NCBI RefSeq assembly: GCF_009914755.1
Contig: NC_060941.1
DNA length: 64,000 nt
Reading direction: 5' to 3' (one strand)
DNA from: the human T2T-CHM13v2.0 reference genome, Homo sapiens
The notes below the pieces were generated by a model. That model was not told where the DNA came from and ran no database searches. It worked only from the letters and a program-made list of their open reading frames with translations. The translations under genes and the position numbers were made by a program. Below, in pieces: positions 1 to 16,385 of the stretch (its first letter is position 1; each line of letters opens with the position of its first letter).

Positions 1-1189
1 GGGGTGGGGAGAGAGGAAGTCATGGAAAGATGTGGAAGGATAGATGGGAGCCTGGGGTGAGAGCTCATTCCTACAGCCTGAGTCACCCAGCGTGTGGATT
101 CTCCCCTCCAGCTCAGGCAGGGCTCAGGCAGGTCTTTGAGGATCTGCCCTCCCATCCCACAGGCATCCTCTCTGTTGTTTCTAACGTTAACCTCCTCATT
201 CTGGGCTCAAAAAAGAAAAAAGATGGAAGTGCAGCATGATGTGCAGGCCTCTCTGGGGCCTGACCTTCATGCTCCAGATACTGCTTTTATATTAAGTAAG
301 GTGACCCTTCTCTGCCACACTGGAGATGCGTGGCTGTAGATATTGGCTTTAGGGACTACTATTTCTGCCAGCTTCAGCAGTCTCCTATATCCAGCCAGGA
401 TAGTTTAGAGTTCTTAAATCAGGCCTATTTATCAAAGAAGTCCATGGCAATACTTCCCTGATGGCCATGGGACCTCAGGAGCCCACAGTCTAACTAGAGA
501 AAGAACATGAGAAAGAGGGAGACAGGAAATGGGACTGAAAATAGGATGGAAGCTGCATGAAAAATGGGGGTGCAGAGGAACTCCTCTGGGGACTGCCAAA
601 ATATGGGCTTCTTACCTAAAAGGGCTCTGGGAGCCCAGCTGAGTGGTGGGTGACTTACGCTTGATCGTCCCCCAGGAATGGATTCTTGTCATTTGGATTC
701 AACCCTGCTGCCCTGTCCCCATTTGTTCACCCCATGTGCACCAATGTCTCTGTCTCTGTCTTTGTTTATGTCATTCCCTTGACCCAGAATGCCCTTCCCA
801 GCCATCAAGACCTGGCTGGGACATCATTTGTGCTGGAAAGCCTTCCACAGATCTTTATGTGGGACCTCCTTCTCTTTGGTCCCCGTGCTTCTTTGTATCT
901 ATTGCAACAGTATCTGTTGGTTCTGATAGGCAGATTCGTGTCACCTGGGGGACCTTGTTAAATACACAAATCCTAGCCCTGAATCACAATCTCTTGGGGT
1001 GGGTTTTGGGAAGCTGCTTTCATTGGTCTTCATATGTGTTTTGAATGCCTAGCCAGGGTTGGATATGTCTTTTCTGGACTGTGTCTCCTGGGGGTGGGCA
1101 CAGAACTTACATCATGGTGACCACATGTCACTGTGCCCAGACAGCCTCCTAGGCCTGGCAAAAAGGGATGCAGAGTGCAAGGCCCACAC

Positions 1190-1500
1190 CCTTTAATTCA
1201 CACCATTTTAATTCATTCATAGTTCCTGCTTCATGCCCCAGACACTATGCTGGGTCCTGGGGATACAAGAGCAAAACCCAACATAGTTTGCCTTCACACG
1301 GCTTCCAGTCTAACGGGGGGAGAATAGAGGTGACTCAAATTCCCTACACCCACATAATTACAAAGTGCAGCTTGAGTGTTGTAAAGGAAAAACAAAGGTG
1401 CTCAGAGAACCTGCAATGGGGACTCTGATGTAGGCTGGGAGGTCAGGGAAGGCTGAGGAGAGCCCGAAAGGAGGGGCAGTAAAGGAGGGGAGGGGCTGGA
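1190..1500 (-). mobile_element. L2 fragment
   Basis: tgccccagacactatgctgggtcctggggataca ... ggaggtcagggaaggct. Confidence 0.6.
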
Positions 1501-2331
1501 AACAGTCTCTTACTGGGGTCTTCTCAGAACTGTGTTCATTTAGGCCAGCTGGGAGGCATTAGGGTGTAAGCTCCTCTACAGACACCCAAGATCGTTTCCC
1601 CATCTTCTCCCCACGCCTGCCCCGCCACCCAGCCTTCACTTCTGCTTTCCTGCCATCTGCTCTTGCTGTGAGCCTTTGGGAGCTGTTGTGTTTGTTAACA
1701 AAGGAAAGACCCATTTTTCCATGCTGAGTGGCTGCCTGCTAGCATATACAGTGCCTCTACTGAATTACCAAAAGGTGCACCTCCATTTGAACTGACCTAA
1801 CCTTGCACTGAACACATGACTTGGCCGGTGGAGCTCAGGCTGGATTTAAGCAGCTACTCCTGCCTCCCCTACCCACTTTTGGCCCAGTGCCCTTGTGCAG
1901 TGAACAACTTGGACAACCTTCTGTAGTGGCCCTGCTGCAGTCTCCTCTTAGGCAGAAAGTTCTGGCTTCTTGGCTCACCCTCACAGCTAGAAGATTCCTT
2001 TATCCCAGAAGGAGATAATTACATCTTCTATGGCATAAATCTGTTTGGACATTTAGAGAAGAATTTATATGTATTTTCTGAAGGACTGGGTGTTTTTCTG
2101 ATCTAAATTGAAATGATGATTCTTTTAAATATGATCCAAGAGAGTCCTTTCATGTGGTAATTCACACACACTCTGGCTGATAAGCCCTAGACTTGGCAAA
2201 AGGTTCAAAGCAGAAACTGGGTTCAGATGAGGCACAGGGATACTTTTTGATCTGATTTTCTTCTAGCCACTGACATTGGGAGAATTTTGGCCTCTGAGTG
2301 GCAGTGGGCCCCAAAAAGCCTGGTAAAGTAA

Positions 2332-2670
<339 letters not shown>

Positions 2671-2799
2671 AAAATAAGATCTTTTTAAAGAAAGTCTGAA
2701 ATGCCTAGAAAGAGTAGAGGAGTCCTTACTACACTTGGCTTTAGAAAAAGAAGCCTTTTCTGGGAGAAGATAACTCTCATCACACACTAAGCAAGTCAG

Positions 2800-2960
2800 A
2801 GGATCTGAGCTGGAGTGGCCCTTGAGAGGTATCTCATCTAGATCCTTCTTTTTACCCTTTGGAAAACTGAGGCTCAGAGAGAGGAAGTGGATTGGCTTAG
2901 GTCCCACAGTGAGTGGCAGAGCCAGGATCACACCTGACGGGTGCTTGCTTCTGCACCTGA
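2800..2960. mobile_element. MIR
   Basis: ggaaaactgaggctcagagagaggaagtgg...aggtcccacag core. Confidence 0.7.
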
Positions 2961-4646
2961 ACCTTGAGGGTCGCTGTTCCCCCACATAGTAGTGCCAACA
3001 GGGTCCCCTATGAGGATGGTGCAAGCTCAAAGGGTGGCTGTGTGTGGGAATGGTGAGAAGGGGACATCATCTAGGACCATAAATCATGGTGTCTCCTCAA
3101 GCCCAGTGTGGCCCCTCCTCTTCCAGATACAGAAAGCTGCTTCTGCTACTTAAGGGACAGGCATCATCTTCAAGAGGTAACACTAGGAATAGAATGAGAA
3201 CTGGGAGTGGTGGAAGCGGAAGACAGAAGCTGATCTTATGGACACAGAAGAGTATGTAAGTGAATCACAGGCCATATCACAGTTTCATCAGTGATTATAA
3301 TAATTGGTTTTGGGCTGGGGGAGTATTGGTTGTCAAAGTGACATCCTCTTTTAGGTGCCATATTTTTCCATGTCTGACGTCGGAAAAAGCACTTTCAGTT
3401 GTGAGGATAAGATGAGCTCACAGGTGCTCAGGAAATGGCAGCATCTCTTGAGAGATTCTGTTAAGGAAAGTGGAGGAGGAAGGGAACTAGATATAAATCT
3501 TCTCCTTTAATACTTTCAGGAGGTATGGTTCTCCTTATCTCACTGAAAAGGAAACAGGGCAAATTTCCTGCCCAAGGTCACACAGCCCAAATGTAGGGAA
3601 GCTCAGCTCTTCTGATTCTGGGCCATTCCCCCCACTTCACCTTGCAGTGCCATGCTAGCTTCTCTTAGACTTACCGTTAATTTCCATCAGTTTCAGCTGA
3701 CTCATCCTTTCCTCCCAGGCCCTGAGACCACACCCAGGGTTGTTTGTTTTTAACTCTAAGATCATCCTGTTTTCCATAGGCCTGAGCTCCATCAGCAAGC
3801 CAGGACCCTCTTCTGATCCATACTCCAAAGTCAGCATAAACATCTCCAGCCAAAGCTGTTCCTTGTTCTGTCAGTAACACAGTTCCCGAGGAGACCAGGG
3901 CCTCTTTCCTTCCGTTGTCTCCTGGTTGCTCTGCTTCTGGTGACGAAACAGGGGCAGCGTCAAATGAAGAACATCATCTGTCCTACAGACTAGGCAACTG
4001 TGAATTTTTCATCAATCCTGATTTCTCTAATGAATTGCAACATGCTCTAACTCCAACATTCAAAATTCAACATTTCCATTCCCTATTTGTTAAGGGTGCA
4101 GGTGAATATGAAAAGGCAAATTCAAAAGGTGAACTTTCCTATCTCTGAAGGGCACATGCAGGAGCCTGAACCCGGCTGGGAGCCAGGAGACCTGCATTTT
4201 GGTCCTGACTCCCTCCCTGCTGCCTGTGTGCTCTTGGGCAAGTTGCTTAATCATTCTGGGTTTACGTGCTTGTTAAGGACTCTTTCAGTGCAAATATTTT
4301 ATAATTATAAACACTGAGAAGATCCTGTCAATAATGTAGTTCCTTTGTCATGCTAAATGTCACACATGCATCATGGCCTATGATACCTGATGAGTTTAGA
4401 ATTTTTTCTTGATTGGAACAGGGATGGGTGTTTAAAACAAAAGACTTGAGTCCTTTCCAGCTGGGGCCCTGAGTCTGTGGGTTTGGTAAGTCAATTAGGC
4501 TGCAGAGTCACAAGTAGTTTACCTTGTCAAAATACTAGCCATTTGTTTAAAATCAAATCCTCAAGATGGAGTGGTATTTCCAAACTCCACTGAGTTGGAG
4601 CCTCAGAACTAGAGAACTGGATAATGGAGTTAGTCCAGCACATACT

Positions 4647-6226
<1,580 letters not shown>

Positions 6227-7302
6227 AGCTGTTCTAGGAGAAATATTGGAAGGCATGCTGCACCTTTCTTCACAATGGGATCGGCAGGTGAAAGCAAGAC
6301 ATTTGAATGGAGTGGAGTGTTTCACTTAATCATTAGCACTGCTGACATCAATAAAAAACAAATAATGCATATCATCAGCATGAGCACCTACAGTGAGTGG
6401 AAAGGAGGCCAGGTTCTTAGTAAGCTTTATGATGAGGTAGGGGACAGATGGGATTCAAAGCGGAGCCGAGGAAGCAGTGTGGCTTGTATTTCAGCTGCAG
6501 CGTACAATTATTTTTGTGGTCGAAGAATCCAAACTGCGCCAGCTATTTCAAAACAACATCAGGAGGGCAGAGGTGTGTTTTCCAGCATCCCCAATGGGTG
6601 CCAGGAGACAGCCTTGAGAACAAACACATCTTTTCTTGAAATAGGAAGCCAACTATTTAGCTTATGCAAGTAATACTATAAAAAGGCATTGTAAGTTGAC
6701 TTGCAGCTCCTGAGCTTTGGACCAACCTCTAGACTTGTTTCAAAAGGCTCTTTCTGGAGGAAGAAAAGTCCTGAGGCTCTCAGGTCAAGCCCTGGCTCCA
6801 ACAACAATTTAAATCAAGTAAAAGCCTCCTTCGCCTATAGGTTGAACCAGCCCAGGCAAACACCATTAAGACAGCTTCCAAACAAAGATGACAATATTAC
6901 CATTTCAGCCTGAACCTGGTTTCAAAATTCATTTTGTGAAATGTTTAAAGTTGGACAAGCCAAGCAGAACTATAGCATTAATGAGACCCTAATGAAAATT
7001 CATGCATTCAACTCATTCATTCAACAAATATTGAGTGGGATGTGCCAATATCTATTGACTGGGAATGTGTAGTATGACTCCCTGGCATCATTAAATGTGA
7101 ATGTGAATGCAAGAGCAGCTGGTATGGTTGTGCTTTCTTCACAAATTTTGTTCAGCTACACAGGATCAGGTGCCAAATAAGCAGAGTTGGATTTAACCAG
7201 GGCTGTGGTTTCGGCAAAGCAGCGTGAAGTGAAGGAAGAGAGAGTTGAGGATATGCAAGGAAGTGATGGAGATGAATAATTATGGGATTGAAAAGTGAAT
7301 TT

Positions 7303-7598
7303 TATTTTATGTTTTTGAGACAGGATCTCTCTCTGTCATCCAGGCTAGAGTGCAGTAGCGGGAATATGGCTCACTGCAGCCTTGACCTCCTGGGCTCGAG
7401 TGATCCTCCCACCGCAGCCTCCTGAGTAGCTGGGACCACAGGTGTGTGCCACCACTCCTGGCTCATTTTTGTATATTTTGTAGAGATGGGTTTTCATCAC
7501 ATTGCCCAGGCTGGTCTTCAACTCCTGGGCTCAAGTGATCTGCCTGCCTTGGCCTCCCAATGTGCCGGGATTATAGGCGTCAGCCACTGTGTCTGGAC
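7303..7598 (-). mobile_element. AluJ
   Basis: TSD tgaaaagtgaattttatt. Confidence 0.9.
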
Positions 7599-7833
7599 TG
7601 AAAAGTGAATTTTATTGAAAAATAATTTTGTTTTTTAATGAGTAATAGTCTTGGGTTTTACTTGCATTCTAAGCCTAACACTGCCATCTACGAGCTGAGT
7701 GATCTGAAGCAAGTCACGCTTCCTCTCTGGGACCAAGTCACTTCTATAAAATGAGGTGGCTGGACCAGGAGCACTAGAAGATAGAGAGGATCTGTATATG
7801 ATTGAATGAGTCATATGAGGTCCCTCCTGCTGA

Positions 7834-8227
<394 letters not shown>

Positions 8228-8424
8228 TGTTCTTTCTTTTTTACTGGGGTGCAGAAAGAAACAAGACTCAAGGGCTTGTCAAAACTTCTATGCATGTGAA
8301 ATGATAGAAGTTCACTTAACAAGAAGCGGCAGTGACCAAATGACTCAGCACCCGATTTCCACCGCATGGTCTCTTGAACAGCCGCGAGAAGACTAAAGCC
8401 TTCTAAGCACTTCCGGTGGAAGGA

Positions 8425-8570
8425 TGGGCCACAGGCCAGCAACATGGGCAGGACCTGGGAGCATGTTAGATGTGCAGAATCTCAAGCCCCATCCCAGACC
8501 TACTGGATCAGCATCTGCATGCTAAGCAGGTGATCATGCACATGTTAAAGTGTAAGAAGCCCTGCTCTAA
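8425..8570. mobile_element. MER5A-like hAT element
   Basis: tgttagatgtgcagaatctcaagccccatcccagacctactggatcagcatctgcat. Confidence 0.7.
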
Positions 8571-9225
8571 CTGCCCCATCCCGTGGTGCAATGAGGCTCG
8601 GTGTCCCCACAGAGCAGTCAGCAAGCCAAGGTATAGTTATGGGAAGACTCATGCCAGGTAGGACTGCGGAGCTGGGGTGAGTGACATGGGCACAGGCCTC
8701 TGCAGAAGCTTAGCTCTGGTTCCCCTAGCAGCAGCAGCTCAATTTGGAGGGACTGAAGGGGAGGGGGTATTGGATGGTGGTGTTTCTGTTTCACTTTACT
8801 GTCCCACTGACACTAGCACTGGCGGGAGAGATTTTCTCTATAATCTGCTGAAACCTGAGAAGGAATCTGCAAGAATAAACAGAGCCTTTAGAGCTTACCA
8901 ATTCTGATATTTGGAGGCCTTTGCAAGGTTTAATTCAATTTATTATTTATTGATGACCTACCGTGTGCCAGATATCAGGAATACAAAGAGAATAAAATGT
9001 CCTAGTGTTGTATTGGGAAGGGAGGGTCACATTCTTGCATGTGTCTGTGTTTGGAGATGAGATGAGTCGGGGGCAAACCTGCAGCAATAGAGCAACTGCA
9101 TGCCCAGTGTCACCTGGGTCCCGAGGGGCAGGACGAAAAACAGGTTAAGGAAGGCTTCCTGGAAGAGGTGGCTCCTAAGCTGTTAAGTAGGCTAAGAAAT
9201 GCTCTGTGCATGAGCTAACCCATTC

Positions 9226-9500
9226 CATACACTCACCACACACACTCACTCACATGCACTCACACACAAACTCCCACCCACACACATCCACATCCACACA
9301 CACACTCACATGCATGTATATCTACTCCATCCACACACACACTCACATGCACTCACATACAATCTCCCACCCACACTCACAATCCGCATCCACACACACA
9401 CTCACAGCATGTATACGTACTCCATCCACACACACATATAGGCACATTCACACCCACCCACATATGTGCACATGCACCTACACACACACACACCACACAT
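9226..9500. repeat. CA-rich degenerate repeat
   Basis: Contains two ~93-bp related units. Confidence 0.85.
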
Positions 9501-10944
9501 TGTAGTCTTTCTGGGGAAACAGAGAAAGTCACTCTTTTGAAGAACCTCAGAAACTGCACAATAAGAGCTCTTCTTAATTTGCCACCAAAACTCAGATAAA
9601 GTTGAAGGTCTAACTTCCAAGAAGATCTTCTAGACTGTTTTCCAGATTGTTATAAATGCACCTTCAGACATGAAGGAGCACCTCACGGTTGCACTCAGAT
9701 ACCTCCTGGGATGTGATTTAGTCTTGATGATTATCGTTACATGTCACTGAATATAGTTTGATGAAAACGTTTTAGGGAAACAAGTTTTCAGAAACTGTCC
9801 CCAGATTTATTATAGTAGTCGTCAACTCTGAGGATGCATTTTTTGACTGGGCAACTATTGTTGGGGGTCTTATACCTGACTTGGAGAGGTGTGTTTGTGC
9901 CTTTTAGGTAAGATGGGGAATAGAGGGTCCCCAGACTTAAGAGCTATGTGTGATATTTGAGATAAATTGATCCTTAACATTTTTCCCAAGTCAGAGTTCT
10001 CATTATTTGTCTCCTAGATGCCAATAGAGTAAAATGCAAAATGGCTCACCACATGGTCAAAGCCCCTCCCTTTCAACTGGCCACATCCTGGCTTTCCCAT
10101 GCTCTTTCTACTGAACCAAGCTCTGTGTTCCAAGAAATCACCCTGTCCTCAAATCTCTGTACCTTGTTCTCTGCCGAAGCCATGCCCAAGCAGTTCCCTT
10201 TGCCTGGTATGTTTCGCTCTCCCATTTCCCCGCAATACTGCCTGTCAACCTCTTCAATGAGAAGTTCCAGCCCCACCTTCTAGAAGCTTCCAGAAGCCAG
10301 TATTGGGCTTTGGCATTAAACAGCCTGTAACAAGGAATGATCCTGCCCCAAATGTCGCTAGTGCCAGGTTGAGTCACTCTGTCATTGACAGGGTAGACTC
10401 TGAGTATGTGGGTCCTTTTGAGCCCGTTTTCTAATCTTTAAAAAAAGAGGGAGGGGAAAATATTTACTTCACACTTTTATTTAGTTTTTCAAAGATTAAA
10501 TGAGATAATGCTAGTGAGTTTCACTAGCATATAGGAGATAGTCAAGAAATATTTCAGTGGATAATGGCATTTCTCTCCTGATCAAGTTGGATTAACCCTC
10601 TCTTTTCTACAGTCTGGAACGTTCTGTACCTTACATAGCTGCCTTGGATCTGAGGTTTCTGTGTTTGTGAGGCGGGCTTATCTTGGTCTCTTGCCTGGTG
10701 ACTTTAGCATAATCCTTGCTCAAAACGTTAAATTAAATGAAATAGATTCTTTGGGTATCACTCTTTTTTTCTGCGAAATTCCTTCTAACAGCCGCTGAGC
10801 CTGAAGACAACAAAAGCTGCCCAGACTTTTCTCCTGGGCTCCAGCCCCTCCTGTCTGCCTGCTCAAAGGAATCTCAGCGCGCAGGTCTCACAGGCACCTC
10901 AAATCCAGCCTGTGTAAACCTGAGCTGCCTGTGTACACACTCCT

Positions 10945-11180
10945 ATATCCTAGAACCATGGTTCTCAAATGTGGGTGTTTTTGCCCCCCAGGTTACATTT
11001 GGCAGGGTCTGGGGATATTTTTGTTTGTCACAACTAAGACAGATGGTCCTTCGTGGAGTCTTGTAGACAGAGGTCGGGGGTGCTGCTGAACATCCCACAA
11101 TGCATAGGACAGTCTCCATTACAAGGAATGATCCTGCCCCAGGTGTCACTAGTGCCGGGTTGAGAAATCCTGATCTAGAG
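10945..11180 (+). mobile_element. MER20 (hAT-Charlie)
   Basis: catggttctcaaatgtgggtgtttttgccccccagg...gttgagaaatcctg. Confidence 0.85.
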
Positions 11181-11184
11181 GGAG

Positions 11185-11762
11185 ACTTTACCTGGTAGGT
11201 CAGGCCATGGTACCGCTCTGCTCACAATCCCCCATGGCTCCCACATCACTCAGAGTAAGATGCATACCCTCCGGGTGGAGGACACGGCCTGCAGGGTTCC
11301 ACTTCCCAACCTGCTGAGCCCCGACTTATCATCGCCCTCTCTCCCTTTCCTCCACCCCTTCTCCTCTTTCCTGCCTTGCTTGTCTGCCCTGCCTCCCACC
11401 GTGCCTCCACTACGCCTGCCTCAGAGCCTCGCACCAACGTTCCCTCTGCTTGGAATGCTCTTCCCTCAGTCACCCAAGTTCATCCCTTGCTGCCTTCAAG
11501 TCTCTGCTCACATGTCACCTTTCCTGCAAGGCCATGCCTGCCCACCCCTTTTAAAGCCGCAGCCCTTCCAGGCATGCCATCCTTCTTGCTTGCTATAGGT
11601 TTTTCCATTGCAATGATCACCTTACAAATGGGTTTATTTATTGTATAATTTTCTCTTCCCACTAGAGTGTAAGAGCTACAGGAAAGGGATATTTTTGTTT
11701 TGTTCACTGATATTTCCCACTGCCTAGTGCTCAAAAAATATTTGCTGAATAAGTGAATAAAT
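11185..11762 (+). mobile_element. L2 3' end
   Basis: ctgcttggaatgctcttccc ... ctagagtgtaagagctacagga ... tatttgctgaataagtgaataa. Confidence 0.75.
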
Positions 11763-12027
11763 CAGTATCATACTGTCCCCAACTTGCTCATCTTACCTCT
11801 ATTTTGTAACTGATCTATGTAACCACCACTTAGCTGACATCCTAGTGTCAGAACCCAAACTTGAGTCTTCCCTTTCTCTGTCTTTTTTATTTTTTGAGAT
11901 GGGGTCTCACTTCTCACTATGTTGCCTAGGCTGGACTTGAACTCCTGGGCTCGGGCGATCCTCCCACCTCAGCCTCCCAAGTAGCTGGGACTATAGGTAG
12001 GCACCATTGCACCCAGCTTCTCTCTTT

Positions 12028-13260
<1,233 letters not shown>

Positions 13261-13619
13261 CTTTTTTTTTTTTCGTTTTCTCTATGAATCCACATCCAAC
13301 TCATAAGTATGGGCTGTGTTTCTCCCTCCTGAATCTGTGCTCACTTGCATCTGCACGGAAACCACCTCTTCAGTTCATACCTGGAAGGCTACAGTGCCTG
13401 CTAATGGGGATCCCTCTCCACTTGGTCACCCTCGCCTGCACAGGGGAAGGAGTTTCCCCTTCTTGATGCTGAGGCCACACCCCGGCCCATTCAGGGTTGC
13501 CTCTGGAGGTGGGACCCAGGCATCAGTGCTTCCCAGAGCTCCCCGGGTGATTACGACGCACAGCCAAGCACCCGCTTCCTTCTGATCCACATTTTATCAC
13601 CTGCCACCCAAGTGCCTCC

Positions 13620-14100
13620 ATGACAGCAAATCTGATTGTGTGATCTGGATTCTTCTTAAAACCCCTGTGTGGCTCTCCACGGTCTCCACAATAAAATCCA
13701 AGCTCCCCAGGATGCACATGCATCTCGGTGACCTGTGTCCACTGCCACCCGTCTTGCCTCCTTCCTCTCCCTGACCCACGCTGCACATGCCACGCTGAGC
13801 TCCATGTGCCTGCCCATCCACACCTCCACGCCTTGGGACAGACTGGTCCCTCTTCCTGAAGTGCCTGTTCCCATCTTTCATCCTCCTCTAGGAAGTCTTC
13901 CCTGACTGCTCTCCCTCAGCGGGCTGTAACTGTGTTCACTGGCCTCTAGTCCAGGAGCGCCTCAAGGCCAGGGCTGGGATATCACTCTTCTCTGGATCCT
14001 CAGCCTGTAGCTGCCTGACTCATGGTAGGTGATGGGTTCTTTCTTTTTTTTGGCATATGTATGTTGGGTGGTGTGATGAATGAAGAGGTGAGTGAATGAA
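13620..14100 (+). mobile_element. L2 3' fragment
   Basis: cttcttaaaacccctgtgtggctctcc ... tgaatgaa end. Confidence 0.6.
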
Positions 14101-14863
14101 CCTGGCCTATGTAGGAGCCGTGACCAGGTGCAATCCTACCAGCTGCCCAACTGTGCTCTCCTGAGTCCTAGCAATAACCCTGGGGGCACTCAGCAGGGCC
14201 TGCTCAACCCCCGACCTGGACCAGCGAGACCCATGCACGTCTCCCTCCCGTGGGGACATCTACCTGCATTTCCCAGTCTCAGGCTCAGTGTGTTTCATTT
14301 CTCCAGCCATGGGGCCCAGCAGGTGTCAGCAGCAAAGCAGAACTGGGTGGGACAGTCCTTCCTGAAGATAAGGCAAAGTGCCCCAGCCCAGAGATCAATC
14401 CTGTAAATCCACTTTCAAAGGGCTGAATAAGGTGGGACATCCCTGGTTCCTTCTTCAGCCATAAATCTCTAGGCTCAGATGGTAACTGCCCTCCTCTTGA
14501 CAAAGCTGTAAAGAGCACGGCATAGCAGCAGTCGGGAAAGAGCATGGACAAGAAAGGTCCTTCGGGTGGGGCAAGGCCCACCTGTCTTGCCCCCTAAGCT
14601 TTGCCTCCCTCCCTGCATGGGCTTTGCTGTCTCTGTGGGGACCTGTTGGAGGTTGCAGGGCTTGACTGCCAGTGCCGGAGGCTTCTGTGAGCATCTGTCC
14701 TGTAAATACCCAGGCTCCATTCTGCTGCTCAGCCCATGCCGATGCCACCTGACTTCCTGTGAATGAATGGAGCACTGTAAAAGGAGTCCAGCTCGGCTGC
14801 CCCCCATGTGACTGTCTAAGAGTCACCTCCCCTCTCGAGGAGGCAGTGGGGTGGGTGGACTAG

Positions 14864-16291
<1,428 letters not shown>

Positions 16292-16300
<9 letters not shown>

Positions 16301-16385
16301 AAGAAAGAAAAAGGAAGGAAGGAAGAAAGGAAGGAAGGAAGGAAGGAAAGAAGGAAGGCAGGCAGGCAGTCAGGCAGGCAAGCAG
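16292..16385. repeat. (AAAG)/(GGAA)/(GGCA)n purine-rich repeat
   Basis: Derived from an Alu tail. Confidence 0.9.

Noticed and set aside
9206-9505. His/Thr-rich 99-aa ORF
   Set aside because: Translation of the CA-rich repeat.
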